The notes beneath the pieces are model-generated. The model was given only the letters and a program-made list of their open reading frames with translations, was not told where the DNA came from and searched no databases. Positions 1 to 16,806 of a stretch of 63,221 bases of DNA are shown here, piece by piece. A program made the translations under genes and the position numbers. Source of the stretch: Eledone cirrhosa (taxonomy: Eukaryota); NCBI GenBank assembly GCA_964016885.1, contig CAXHJY010000807.1, forward strand, positions 1 through 63,221. Direction: 5' to 3'. Position 1 is the first letter of the stretch. Each line of letters begins with the position of its first letter.

Positions 1-3585
<3,585 letters not shown>

Positions 3586-3589
3586 ATAG

Positions 3590-4050
3590 AGAGAGCGAAG
3601 GAATGTAAGGAGCAAGGAAGACCAGAAATGTTAGATAAGTAACAAGTAAAAGTTAAAAAACAATGGCAGGGTGATATAGGGAGGGGGATACTGGGGTAGA
3701 GTGAGGAGTGAGGGGGAGTGAGGGGGAGGAGAGAGGTGATAGAGTGAGGGGGAGGAGAGAGGGGATAGAGTGAGGGGGAGATGGGGGAGACTGATGTAGA
3801 GTGAGGGTGAAAGAGGGAGAGAGTGGAAGAATGAGGGAGAGAGTGGAAGAATGAGGGAGAGAGTGGAAGAATGAGGGAGAGAGTGGAAGAATGAGAGGAG
3901 TGAGGGGGAATGAGTGGGAGTGAGGGGGAATGAGGGAGAGAGAAAGAATTATATAGAGTGAGGGTGAAAGAGAGCGTGAGAAGGAGCGAGAGAAAGGGGA
4001 GAAGAGTAAGGGTAAAAGAGTGAGGGTGAAAGAGGGATAACTGGGAGAAA
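3590..4050. repeat. GA-rich low-complexity tract including a 20-bp tandem unit (gagggagagagtggaagaat)
   Basis: Purine-rich tract; about 4 copies of the 20-mer at ~3813-3895. Confidence 0.85.
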
Positions 4051-4494
4051 CTGAAAGCAAATATGTAAAAGCATTCGTAGGAAAACTTACAAATGCAAGA
4101 TGGAAATAAAGAGAAATATAGATAAACGTATAGAAATGTTTATAATTAAATTGACAGAAGGACAGATGAGCAGCTATGTGGATAGATAAAGTAAGATTGA
4201 TCGATACATATAAATAGACACACATTTTGTAGCAAACCAGATATAGAAACACATTTGCATGTACATGTGCTCTTGCATGCGCACAAACAAATAATGGCAT
4301 CTTATGTCGAAATCGATACACGAGGCATTTTGTTAGTAAAGTTTATCTTGATGATTTTCCTTATATTTTTACTACACGAGTGCTTTCTCCCTATATTAAT
4401 ATATCTCACCTCGATATAACTTTCTTAAATTACCATACCAACCGTGAACCTGCGACCTTTTATATCTGCTTTCCAAGCCGTGAAACATTCAGAT

Positions 4495-4967
4495 CTAGAG
4501 TTCAACTCCTGATATATTCCAGTAAGCCCAATGAAAATTGATTGCGTGTTGATCGTTGTTTTCTATCATTATACTTTCCAATATGTCTCTGAAATCAACC
4601 TTTAAATTTACATGTCATTGGAGCTTCACAATGAGGATAAAATGTATGTGTAATAATCAAATTCATAGAAATGAGGTTCATTACCTGCTAAGCAGTATCT
4701 TCACTGGAATTCGTGTAATCAGCATAGAAAACAAGTTTGTTATAGAGAATGTTCCCATGCATAATGCAGTTGTTTTGCAACTTATTCAAGGTGCAACTCA
4801 CAGAATCCATGTTATTTGAATTTAACATGGCTTCCCGGGAATGTAAGATGAAATGGAACAACTTAAATTAGTTACGTCGTTCGAATGCTTGTAGCAGAAT
4901 AAACTCCGCTGAATGCAACCAAAGCCCATACCATGTGGTTAAAACTGGCGATGTGGTAAGACTACGA
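4495..4967 (-). pseudogene. Possible decayed exon pair (4967-4685 and 4588-~4495) with cytokine-receptor/FN3-like motifs
   Basis: Minus-strand acceptor ttttgtag, donor cag|gtaa, 96-bp intron, acceptor ttcag. Fragments read CYKHSNDVTNLSCS, SCTLNKLQNNC and IENNDQHAINFHW, but stops and frameshifts are needed to join them. The family call is inference. Confidence 0.25.
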
Positions 4968-5080
4968 CTACAAAATTAAAAATACAAAGAGCTGAAATAA
5001 ATTCCCCAGGCCAACACAAACAAATGGTTCAATTTCTTCAATCCTTTACCTTGGAGAGGAATTTCATTATTGACATCAAA

Positions 5081-5151
5081 ATAATTGTTTCTACTTTTGG
5101 CACAAGGTCAGCAAATTACCCAGTACATTACTGGTACTTTATTTTATCGAC
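5081..5151 (-). mobile_element. SINE family A, 3' fragment
   Basis: Reverse complement of gtcgataaaataaagtaccag...cttgtgccaaaagtagaaacaatta, as seen in full copies. Confidence 0.8.
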
Positions 5152-7294
5152 ATCAAAATAATGAAAAGGAGAATTTAACTTTATAGGATTTGAAACCAGA
5201 GAGGTGGAGATAGCAACGAAGACCACTTGACAATTTATCCCATACTGTATCGACTTTGTAATTTGGGCGAAGTTTTTGCGTACTCAGTAATAAAATGTAC
5301 ATTAATTTGTAGTTCACATTGGGTGATAATAATGCAGCTGTATCTAATTTTATGCATAATAGATATTTTAAATTATAAGAGATATTGTCAAACATTTTAT
5401 TTCTATCTCTTTACCTATTTGCAAATATTCCACAGGGTATTAAATGTTAGATTATCGATAATGACTAGGAATTAATACCGAATCATAAAATTAATTCAAA
5501 TATTTATGTTAGAAACAATGTGATATATGAGCTAAAACCATCATTAATAACCTTTAACACACACATGTCAACAGTAATTTGAAAAACTAGCGTGTGTGAA
5601 ATGATAAAGATATTTTGACTTAAGGATAATACGATATTAGTGAGTACACGAATATGTAACACATGCCAGGATAGTTGAAAGTGACATTACAAACGATGCA
5701 AATAATTCTCTTCAGTAGACATCAACTACACTTATCGTTTAACTAATAACATTGTACAACATATTAAGTTATTCATTAGGCATGGGCTACATTAAGGATA
5801 GAAAGTATTGTACGACAACACAAAGCTATTTTTAAAAATATTGTATCAAGCTGAAGATTATAAAATGGTTACTTTAAATATTCAATACCAAAAGGTTAAT
5901 GCATATTTAGCTGCTATTTCTAGGAAGTCAAACTCCCATCTAAAATCTCTCTCTGGTTGGCTCATCTACGTCATATATTCAAGGTAATATTGAGCTATAT
6001 TATGCCGATTAAAAGCTCAATAGAATTATGGGTGATCCTTCGTCAATGTACGGTGAGGCAGCATTTATCAAACACAGAGTTGCATAGTATTGTAAGAATT
6101 GTAGGAGAACCACATGCATAGAAGGAAGATAAATCGAATAAAACAGAAGACGAAACATCTTTATGATGAACACAAATGCCAGCTAAATCAATTCTCTGCT
6201 TATATACCATAAAAGAAGACATTAAAAGAATTGGCAACGTGGAGGTATTGTGGCCAAAGTAAATAATAATATACTAGAATAATTATGCTCCTAATCTCTC
6301 GTAAGATACTTCAAATTTGCAGTCATTTCCTATCGATTGAGTCGTAAAGATTGGCAGTGCACATAAAATTTGATTTCATGGGCACCTAATCTGTTGAGAA
6401 GGACACGTGTGGACATAAGTTACCTTTAAAATGGAGACCGTTAAACAAAGTCAGGTCAGAATAGGGATATTAATTAGACTGGGTGAATGTTTAACTCTAT
6501 TATAAACACTAAGATAGGGCCGGATTTGAATTCAAAATCCAAATTGCCGAAAAGAGTGCCACAAATACTACCAGTCCGACGATCTAATCCTTCTTTTAGA
6601 CTACCGGGCTGGACTATTATATTATACATTGAACCCCAGAACGATGTCAGGCCACGTCAGCTATATTTGAATTCTGAAAACAACGAGATGGAAAAATACC
6701 AGCACTAACAATGTGATAATTAAAAAACCCAAACAAATGTCTCTCAACAAAAGAAATGAAAGCTAATCAGACCACATTAACTGATTATGGTGCTGTTTAT
6801 AATAAAGGAGTCTGAAACATATTTTTAGTAGGTTATTGCTCGTTTAAGTTTTGGTCTTTCAAGCAACAAAATATAAATTTCAACATTAAGATGTATAATG
6901 CACCTAATATATTAAGAAGAACGCATTTTTTATGAGTACTCATTGTAATATGGATAGTATATGAGCAAGATGGTTGGATAACATCGTTGGATAACATCGT
7001 TTCCTCGTTTTGGGGCACATTTGTTTCATGGTACTCCACGTGTGGATTTTTACAGGTTGGCAGATATAATAATATTACAAAACTTACATAAAAATACATG
7101 ATAGTTGTAGTTGAGTTGAACCGATACTGATCATAAATCTGTGTAATCAAATATTTCCTGGTGTTAAATAAAATCTCCGTACAACCGAGGTTCATAAATT
7201 GCACGAGCAGAAAAATAATGTTTGAGCAATTATTGCTTTTCACTTTATTATCCAACAAAAATACGATTTAATTCAATATGTAACTGTCTTTATC

Positions 7295-7349
7295 TGTTAG
7301 AACACGAAAAGTGTGAAACAACAGAATGTTCACTTTTCGTGTTCTAACA
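7295..7349. repeat. Perfect 19-bp inverted repeat (hairpin)
   Basis: tgttagaacacgaaaagtg ... cacttttcgtgttctaaca. Confidence 0.85.
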
Positions 7350-7443
7350 TATATGCCTAACATCTTCATAAATTTTTCGGGGATAGCCGTGGTGGTGGTG
7401 ATCGTATGTCATTGGCTAATTTTCAACCAATCAGAGTAAGTGT

Positions 7444-7479
<36 letters not shown>

Positions 7480-7949
7480 TATTCCCCCTCTCTCTATATA
7501 TATCTTACGCTTTCGCTTTACACTCCTCCCCTTCAATAACACATTTCCCCCTCTCTATATATCTCTCACTGTTACTTACGCCTGTTTCTCTCTATCTGTT
7601 CCGTCTCTATATATATATCTCTCTTACTCTTTCGCTTTGCACTCCTCCCTTTCAATACCATCTCTCCCCCTCTCTATATATTTGTTACTCTATCGCTGCA
7701 CGCTCCTCTCCTTCAATATATCAATTACACACGCTTTACACTCCTTTATCCCCAGCGCCCCTATATATACACCCCCCTCCCACATCTATATTTTAATGTT
7801 CCGTTGCACCGTGAATATATGTGTCTATATATATATATACATATATATTGTATATACACATTCATGTATGTGTATACACACTCATGTATGTATATACACT
7901 GGTTTTATGTGTATATTGTAAATTTGTACTGTTAAAACACGAAACTAAC

Positions 7950-8035
7950 ATTCGATTGACACTTTGATTACCTGTACAGGCAATAGTTATTAGAATGCTG
8001 TTGAAGTGTGTATATATTTTTGGGGGACATCCTGT
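7950..8035. mobile_element. Tc1/mariner-type terminal fragment
   Basis: Ends in ...tttttgggggacatcctg-TA; the reverse complement TA-caggatgtccccc resembles TcMar TIRs. Only one end is visible. Confidence 0.4.
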
Positions 8036-8145
8036 ATATACACACATTATATATAATACAATAAACAGATAAATACACACATATATATATGAGCTTATTT
8101 AATTATAAATATTGTGAATTTTTAACTCAGTTCAATTATATATAT

Positions 8146-8195
8146 AAATGGCTTCTACAGGACTAGAACTGTTTCATTCGAAAGAAATCATCATA
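8146..8195 (-). ncRNA. Degenerate hammerhead remnant (same family as 19240-19335)
   Basis: Minus strand reads tgatga-tttctttcgaat-gaaac-agttcta-gtc-ctgtagaagcc. Confidence 0.5.
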
Positions 8196-8389
8196 ATATT
8201 GAGAGGGGGACTAGATAAAATATTTCAAATCAAATGTGTATAAGTTATAAGTTAAAATGTATAAATAGAGACGATAGTGGAGGTATATCTGTTTAGTGGA
8301 ACAGTAGACGATAGAATTAAATACAGACGAGAATCTCCCTTTAATGAAACAGCAGACGATAGAATTAAGGCAATTTAAATTTTAAGCAT

Positions 8390-8440
8390 TTGCATTTCAT
8401 CGTTACGGGGTCGATAAAATAAAGTACCAGTAATACACTG
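8390..8440 (+). mobile_element. SINE family A, central fragment
   Basis: tttcatcgttacggggtcgataaaataaagtaccagtaatacactg. Confidence 0.7.
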
Positions 8441-8807
8441 TCACTATAAGTAGACGACTTTCAAATTGAATTGTTGGTTCCATTTCTTTAGTATTTTCAA
8501 TTGTAGTTATCTACTTAAAAAGCGTTACACGGTTAGAGACATAATTGGTAAGTTATATCTTCCCTATTAAACCATTGCATTATTTCGCCTACAATATAAC
8601 AAAAATGAAATGTTCTTTAAAGAAACAGGAATATAACTTTATAAAAAAAAAAGTTGCATCCGCTTCTTTTATCATTGATAATTTTTTCGTTTTAATATTA
8701 ATTGTTTTTTTGTAGTTGTTTATATTAAAAATCTTACTGTAATATTTACTTAAACGAAGGCAGACATCTAAACTTATAGATTAATCTTGAGCGAAGGACT
8801 AGATAAA

Positions 8808-8938
<131 letters not shown>

Positions 8939-8986
8939 ATGAAATGACAGGAGGCTGGATTTGTGTAAATCCTTGAAAGGTTTATT

Positions 8987-9044
8987 ATACTATGATCATT
9001 TCAATGACCGGGTTCCGTATGAATCCGGTGATATCATCAGGTAT
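8987..9044 (-). ncRNA. Type I minimal hammerhead ribozyme
   Basis: atac-CTGATGA-[tatc accgg...ccggt catt]-GAAA-tgatca-TA|gtat. Stem I atac/gtat, palindromic stem III, followed by AATAAA. Confidence 0.8.
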
Positions 9045-11789
9045 TCGAAATATAATACGTGAATGTAATAGGTAAAATCCATGGGGCTGAAAATCGAGAC
9101 CCGAGGGCGACCGCTATTCTGTTCCTTCAACCTCAGCCGGTCGCCCTGGAGTGACGTGGCTAAATTTTATAGTATGCTACTACCGGTCAGATGAACGAAA
9201 ACAGAAAGAGATGGGAGCATAGGTTAACGTCGATCCCATGACACAAGGTAAAAGAAAGAAAGAAAGAAAGGAGAAGAAGGGGGAAGAAAGAAGAAGAGAA
9301 GTCAGGGTTAATGTCGGCTAAAAGAGGAAGGTAACTACTACTGGTCAGATATAGGCAAGCAAGAGGGGGAAGGAAGATAAGTCTGCGGGAGGAGGAGAGG
9401 AGAGAAGGAAAGGAAGAGAGAAGTAGAAAAGTAAGGGTTGATGGCTACAAGAAGGAAGATAGAAAGGAAGAGGAAGAAAGGTCGATATTAATGTCAGACC
9501 ACAGTCAAGCCAGGAGTGGCGCGAGAAAATTTTCACAGGGACCCGCATCTTAGCGGAGATGAATATATTGGGAGTCAGTGTTTTACAGTGTTTAGACTTC
9601 TAGGATGAAGTTAAAAAAATTTAATAATCAATATTCAATATTAAAGAGGTTAGAAAATTTAAAGTTCAACAGTTTAACAATTAATTATATAATAGTTCCG
9701 ATTTGTTCTGTAATTTAAAGGTACTATTTGGCGGTTAAAACAACGGCCGCGCCCCGGGCCCCATGGCGAATTAAGCCACGCCGAGTATTTTCATTTACTG
9801 AAAGAAGGGGAAATTTATTTTTCCAAGCACTCCAGGTGAGCTCGTTCGCCAGGGAGCTGGTCGCGCCGCCATTAAAACCCACCCAACAGTCCGACAGAAA
9901 GTTGGAACTTTAAAATTTAGCTTAGAGAAGTAAAAGAGTAATGGTTGATAGCTACAAGAAGCAAGATAGAAAGAGAGAGGAAGGAAGGTCGATATTAATG
10001 TCACACCACAGTCAGGCCAGGAGTGGCGCGACAAAATTTTCACAGGGACTCGCATCTTAGCAGAGGTGAATATATTGGGGGTCAGTGTGTTACAATGTTT
10101 AGACTTATAGGATGAAGTTAAAAAATTAATAAATTAATAATCAATATTCCATATTAAAGAGGTTAGAAAATTTAAAGCTCAACAGTTTCAGGTTGATATA
10201 TATAATAGTTCCGATTTGTTCTGTAATTTAAAGGTACTATTTGGCGGTTAAAACACCGGCCGCGCCCCGGGCCCCATGGCTAATTAAGCCACGCCGAGTA
10301 TTTTCATTTACTGAAAGAAGGGGAATTTATTTTTCCAAGCACTCCAGGTGAGCCCGTTCGCCAGGGAGCTGGTCGCGCCGCCACTAAAACCCACCCAACG
10401 GTCCGACAGAAAGTTGGAACTTCAGAATGTTGCTTAACTCTATCGGATGAAGTTGAAAGAATTCAGAATAACATTATGAAACTAAGGAGTAAGAGGATTG
10501 AGAATTGAACAAACAGAAAATTGAAGATTAGACATTCAAATAACTTCTATGAGGTTTTGGGTTGCGGGGTTTAATTAAATAGTCTTTTATGAAGAAACGT
10601 TAATTGTATTATGTAGATCTGTAATTTATCCTAGTGGGATGTAGAGTACGGGATATAGTCGTGTAATGTTTAATTTTTGTTCTCAGGAGGAGACATTCTA
10701 GTGTCGTGTGCTAATGGGTACAGGTCCCAATGTGAGGAGTAGAAATACATGGATACATAGAGGTGGAATACGTGGAAGAGCTAATGGGTACAGGTCCCAA
10801 TGTGAGGGGTAGAAATACATGGATACATAGAAGTGGAATACGTGGAAGAGCACATTGGTACAGCAGAGGTATAAATATATAAACATATCAATATATAGGT
10901 ATAAACATGTAAATAAACCAACAAGAGTGGTGTTGGAGTAAGATGGAGAAATCAGGACATTAATACAGCAAACAAAGATGTGAAGATATAGATAAACAAA
11001 CAATAGTCGTTGTCTAGTAAATGTAGAGTTCAAGAGACAGGAGAAATACAATATAGTTCAGGTTGCGGTATTTATGTTCCCAGGGGGAAATATTCCAGTG
11101 ACGTGTGCTGAGGGTACACGCGAGTAAAAGTCCGAATAAGGGAAGTAGAAAGTACATGGATGTATAGAGGTAGAATACGTGGAGGAGCATTAATACAGCA
11201 AATAAAGATGTAAAGATATAAATAAACAAACAAGAGTTGTTGTCTATTAAATGGAGAGTTCAAGACACAGGAGAAATACAATATAGTTCAAGTTGCAGTC
11301 AGATAATGCATATAGATGTGGAAACAGTGCGTGTTCGAGTCTGGGAGTTCAGTGTGAGTTATACATGCCCAGAAGTATAGGGTAGCCATTTAGTTAATTC
11401 AGTGCAGTACAATACATGTTATGGTCCAGTCCGTGGAGTTTCGTCGAAGTTCGGATATTCTGTGAGGGGAGTAGCAAAGGGCCAGGCGAAAGCACCGGGT
11501 AGCCAAAGTTCGAATTGTGGTTAGATATATTCAGTCCCATGCCGCTGTTGATTATTACATTTTGAAGTGCTCAACATTTCAGGAGCGTTATTTATTCAGG
11601 TTTGAGGTTCACCACTGTATAGAGCTGGTCTATTCCGTATGGTCAATCGTAATGCAATAATATAGAGAGTACTCAACGTAAAGCAGTTCAACCGTCTTTG
11701 TTTTTGTAGTTGGTGGTGCTATTACGGAGTTAAATATTATAATGAAATGACAGGAGGCTGGATTTGTGTAAATCCTTGAAAGGTTTATT

Positions 11790-11847
11790 ATACTATGATC
11801 ATTTCAATGACCGGGTTCCGTATGAATCCGGTGATATCATCAGGTAT
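11790..11847 (-). ncRNA. Type I minimal hammerhead ribozyme (second copy)
   Basis: Identical to 8987-9044 at offset 2803. Confidence 0.8.
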
Positions 11848-14012
11848 TCGAAATATAATACGTGAATGTAATAGGTAAAATCCATGGGGCTGAAAATCGA
11901 GACCCGAGGGCGACCGCTATTCTGTTCCTTCAACCTCAGCCGGTCGCCCTGGAGTGACGTGGCTAAATTTTATAGTATGCTACTACCGGTCAGATGAACG
12001 AAAACAGAAAGAGATGGGAGCATAGGTTAACGTCGATCCCATGACACAAGGTAAAAGAAAGAAAGAAAGGAAGGAGAAGAAGGGGGAAGAAAGAAGAAGA
12101 GAAGTCAGGGTTAATGTCGGCTAAAAGAGGAAGGTAACTACTACTGGTCAGATATAGGCAAGCAAGAGGGGGAAGGAAGATAAGTCTGCGGGAGGAGGAG
12201 AGGAGAGAAGGAAAGGAAGAGAGAAGTAGAAAAGTAAGGGTTGATGGCTACAAGAAGGAAGATAGAAAGGAAGAGGAAGAAAGGTCGATATTAATGTCAG
12301 ACCACAGTCAAGCCAGGAGTGGCGCGAGAAAATTTTCACAGGGACCCGCATCTTAGCGGAGATGAATATATTGGGAGTCAGTGTTTTACAGTGTTTAGAC
12401 TTCTAGGATGAAGTTAAAAAAATTTAATAATCAATATTCAATATTAAAGAGGTTAGAAAATTTAAAGTTCAACAGTTTAACAATTAATTATATAATAGTT
12501 CCGATTTGTTCTGTAATTTAAAGGTACTATTTGGCGGTTAAAACAACGGCCGCGCCCCGGGCCCCATGGCGAATTAAGCCACGCCGAGTATTTTCATTTA
12601 CTGAAAGAAGGGGAAATTTATTTTTCCAAGCACTCCAGGTGAGCTCGTTCGCCAGGGAGCTGGTCGCGCCGCCATTAAAACCCACCCAACAGTCCGACAG
12701 AAAGTTGGAACTTTAAAATTTAGCTTAGAGAAGTAAAAGAGTAATGGTTGATAGCTACAAGAAGCAAGATAGAAAGAGAGAGGAAGGAAGGTCGATATTA
12801 ATGTCACACCACAGTCAGGCCAGGAGTGGCGCGACAAAATTTTCACAGGGACTCGCATCTTAGCAGAGGTGAATATATTGGGGGTCAGTGTGTTACAATG
12901 TTTAGACTTATAGGATGAAGTTAAAAAATTAATAAATTAATAATCAATATTCCATATTAAAGAGGTTAGAAAATTTAAAGCTCAACAGTTTCAGGTTGAT
13001 ATATATAATAGTTCCGATTTGTTCTGTAATTTAAAGGTACTATTTGGCGGTTAAAACACCGGCCGCGCCCCGGGCCCCATGGCTAATTAAGCCACGCCGA
13101 GTATTTTCATTTACTGAAAGAAGGGGAATTTATTTTTCCAAGCACTCCAGGTGAGCCCGTTCGCCAGGGAGCTGGTCGCGCCGCCACTAAAACCCACCCA
13201 ACGGTCCGACAGAAAGTTGGAACTTCAGAATGTTGCTTAACTCTATCGGATGAAGTTGAAAGAATTCAGAATAACATTATGAAACTAAGGAGTAAGAGGA
13301 TTGAGAATTGAACAAACAGAAAATTGAAGATTAGACATTCAAATAACTTCTATGAGGTTTTGGGTTGCGGGGTTTAATTAAATAGTCTTTTATGAAGAAA
13401 CGTTAATTGTATTATGTAGATCTGTAATTTATCCTAGTGGGATGTAGAGTACGGGATATAGTCGTGTAATGTTTAATTTTTGTTCTCAGGAGGAGACATT
13501 CTAGTGTCGTGTGCTAATGGGTACAGGTCCCAATGTGAGGAGTAGAAATACATGGATACATAGAGGTGGAATACGTGGAAGAGCTAATGGGTACAGGTCC
13601 CAATGTGAGGGGTAGAAATACATGGATACATAGAAGTGGAATACGTGGAAGAGCACATTGGTACAGCAGAGGTATAAATATATAAACATATCAATATATA
13701 GGTATAAACATGTAAATAAACCAACAAGAGTGGTGTTGGAGTAAGATGGAGAAATCAGGACATTAATACAGCAAACAAAGATGTGAAGATATAGATAAAC
13801 AAACAATAGTCGTTGTCTAGTAAATGTAGAGTTCAAGAGACAGGAGAAATACAATATAGTTCAGGTTGCGGTATTTATGTTCCCAGGGGGAAATATTCCA
13901 GTGACGTGTGCTGAGGGTACACGCGAGTAAAAGTCCAGAATAGCGGTCGCCCTCGGGTCTCGATTTTCAGCCCCATGGATTTTACCTATTACATTCACGT
14001 ATTATATTTCGA

Positions 14013-14070
14013 ATACCTGATGATATCACCGGATTCATACGGAACCCGGTCATTGAAATGATCATAGTAT
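14013..14070 (+). ncRNA. Type I minimal hammerhead ribozyme (inverted copy)
   Basis: atacCTGATGAtatcaccggattcatacggaacccggtcattGAAAtgatcaTAgtat on the + strand. Confidence 0.8.
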
Positions 14071-14268
14071 AATAAACCTTTCAAGGATTTACACAAATCC
14101 AGCCTCCTGTCATTTCATTATAATATTTAACTCCGTAATAGCACCACCAACTACAAAAACAAAGACGGTTGAACTGCTTTACGTTGAGTACTCTCTATAT
14201 TATTGCATTACGATTGACCATACGGAATAGACCAGCTCTATACAGTGGTGAACCTCAAACCTGAATAA

Positions 14269-14347
<79 letters not shown>

Positions 14348-14354
14348 TATATAT

Positions 14355-14548
14355 AAACGAAGAATGATAACATTTCAAGCAAAGAGTTTAATTAGGTAAT
14401 GACTTACAAATTTGTTTCAGTATATATTTTGTAATATTATTAACTAATTATTATAATTAGCGCTTCAGGCTTTGTCTATATACTGAAACAAATTTGTAAG
14501 TCATTACCTAATTAAACTCTTTGCTCGAAATTTTATCACTCTTCGTTT
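14355..14548. repeat. ~72-bp fold-back inverted repeat carrying the 3' half of an HHR (GAAAC-aaattt-GTA)
   Basis: 14355-14426 is the reverse complement of 14477-14548 with a few mismatches. Confidence 0.7.
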
Positions 14549-14699
14549 TGAATTTCTCCTAAGTATTCAATACTCTGTTGAGAAATACATTTTACATAAA
14601 CAGTCTTTGTACCATTTATACGGTATTAATTACTTATATTTATATATATATATATATATATATATAGCGTATGATTAGAACTGTATTTATTATTAATAT

Positions 14700-14807
14700 T
14701 TTAATGGATTTAATGAAAAATTTTAGGTGTTCATATATATATTCTAAAACTGCGCGAAATCGTGAATCCGCGATAGTTGAACCGCCAAGTAGCGAGGTAT
14801 CACTGTA
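14700..14807. mobile_element. Tigger/pogo-like DNA transposon terminal fragment
   Basis: Ends ...gcgaggtatcactg-TA; the reverse complement TA-cagtgatacctcgc resembles pogo/Tigger TIRs. Single end only. Confidence 0.45.
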
Positions 14808-14833
14808 TATATGTTTAAATATATAGTGTAGCT

Positions 14834-15298
14834 GTGATGTATCTCGCGAGTGAATCGAGACCTGTCACTGATTTTGGTGTCCCCACTGCCGATGTGAATG
14901 AGCAACGCTGCACTTGTGAATTGGGTCTTGATGTTGCAGGCAGTTCATATACTTACAATGATGCGGTCCCACAAGCTTGTTCACATTCCTGTGCTAATAA
15001 TCTAGATGGGCGTATTAAATTGGATGTGAAAGCAGCTTACCGGATGCGGAATCGGGAGAAGTTGAGACAAAAACAGGCCGATTATAGAGCTGTGAATTTT
15101 GCTAAATTAACACAAAAACAGGCCAAGTATAGATGTTCAAAACGGTATGAGTTGGCAAACAAGCAGGCCAAGTATAGATCTGCAAATTCAGCTATTATAT
15201 CTCAAAAGCAAGCCGAGCGTAGAGCTTCTAAACGTACCGAGTTGGCTAAAGAGCAGACCGAGTACAGATCTGCAAATATCTTATTGCACAAACAATAA
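14834..15298 (+). other. ORF fragment with ~6 copies of a 15-aa KQAxYRxxN repeat, possibly transposon-derived
   Basis: QKQADYRAVN, QKQAKYRCSK, NKQAKYRSAN, QKQAERRASK, KEQTEYRSAN at a 45-nt period. Ends just before a SINE. Confidence 0.4.
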
Positions 15299-15324
15299 TT
15301 CTGCACAAATGTTGCTCCATTATT

Positions 15325-15503
15325 TTGGCAGTATTGGTAGAGGGTCGGATGCCATGCTTTCCAGCATAGTTACGTCCCTTTACGATCTGAGTTCAAATCC
15401 TGCCGAGGTTGACTTTGCCTTTCATCCTTACGGGGTAGATAAAATAAAGTACCAGTAATGCACTGGGTAATTGCTGGCCTTGTGCCTAAAGTAGAAACAA
15501 TTA
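15325..15503 (+). mobile_element. tRNA-derived SINE family A
   Basis: A-box-like tggcagtattggt, B-box gagttcaaatcc, conserved body ctttgcctttcatccttacggggt.gataaaataaagtaccag. More than 15 copies or fragments in the window. Confidence 0.9.
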
Positions 15504-15689
15504 TTAGATCTAATGTTGCAACGATACAGTTAAATGTTGTCTGTGTATTTTAAAAAAGATTTGCTTATAATCTTTTCAAATTTCATTACGCCAATGATTC
15601 AAGCTCAAATTGACATTATCTAAAAAAATTGTACAAACAGCGGTGGATTAGCAGTAGTGAACAGATAAATCAGTCAATTTATTAAGATT

Positions 15690-16340
15690 GACTTGGCATC
15701 AATCAGCAATACCTTCATTAGCTGCTCTCCAGCCATCTATTTAAAGCTGTATACATCTATGGTACGAATACACTTGGAGTTCGCGTCATCAGTCTGGAAC
15801 CCCTATCTTGCTCAGAACATTGACCTCCTGGAAACTGTTCAGAGACATGCAACCAAGCGCATACCCTCCATCAGACACCTACCATACCCTGAATATTTTG
15901 CTTCCCTCTGGCAATGGACTTGGTAAACACCCACAAAGTTATTAACCATCCGACCAACAACAACCCCGAACACCTTTTTGATCTCCATGTGTCTAACACG
16001 TGGACATGCCTACAAAGTCAGAAAACAACACAGCTCCCATGACTTTAGGAAATATTTCTTCATGCTCAGAGTTGCTGAAGGATGGAACAAACTTCCTGCA
16101 TCAGTTGTTAGCTGATGACACACTGCATCCTTTAAAACCATCATACATTCCGAAATACACCAAAACTACACCTGATGTCCCCCTTCCATACACATATGTG
16201 TATATCATGACTCATGCACTGTTCTTTTTTCCTGACGTTTTTATATTACCCTATGTATTATATATGCACTTTTGATGAGTTGTAGTGCACCTCAGCATTG
16301 TACACAATATTTTCATTATTATTATCATTATTATTATTAC
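15690..16340 (+). mobile_element. CR1/L2-group LINE 3' fragment (end of ORF2, 3' UTR, (ATT)n tail)
   Basis: LYTSMVRIHLEFASSVWNPYL..IDLLETVQRHATK, then after a frameshift RGHAYK...FFMLRVAEGWNKLP; these are typical CR1-type C-terminal motifs. Confidence 0.85.
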
Positions 16341-16806
16341 ACTCATTGATCCATTTTGCACTAACTCTGCATCAAGCACCCTCACCTAAATATTAACCAA
16401 TCAAGGATCCTATACAGCTATCTGTTGGATGAGTATTGTATAGTGCCAAAAACGAAACCAATCAGTTTAGCAGAAAATTTCCAGACAAGAAACACGCATA
16501 TTTTGCTATCCTCAAACACGTTTACACATGGCATGAAATATAACTAATCCGAGATGGCTAGGTTTCATCTTCTAACTGGATATACGAAATCCATTATGTC
16601 TTGACAACAACATGAGGTAACATTATGTTATTCACAGACACACTTTGTACACTGTTCCATATCAGAATGTATTTCCTTCGTCACATTCACAAACAGTATT
16701 GAAAATATGTTCTTCGGCAAATAAAAATGTTTTGTTCATAATATTTCAACTAGCGATTGCTCTACTCCACGCACGACCACCATAAATTAATGACCAGCTC
16801 AACACA

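Noticed and set aside
9345-13854. Short ORFs inside the 2.8-kb unit as real genes
   Set aside because: Low-complexity, no recognisable motifs; they recur only because the DNA is duplicated.
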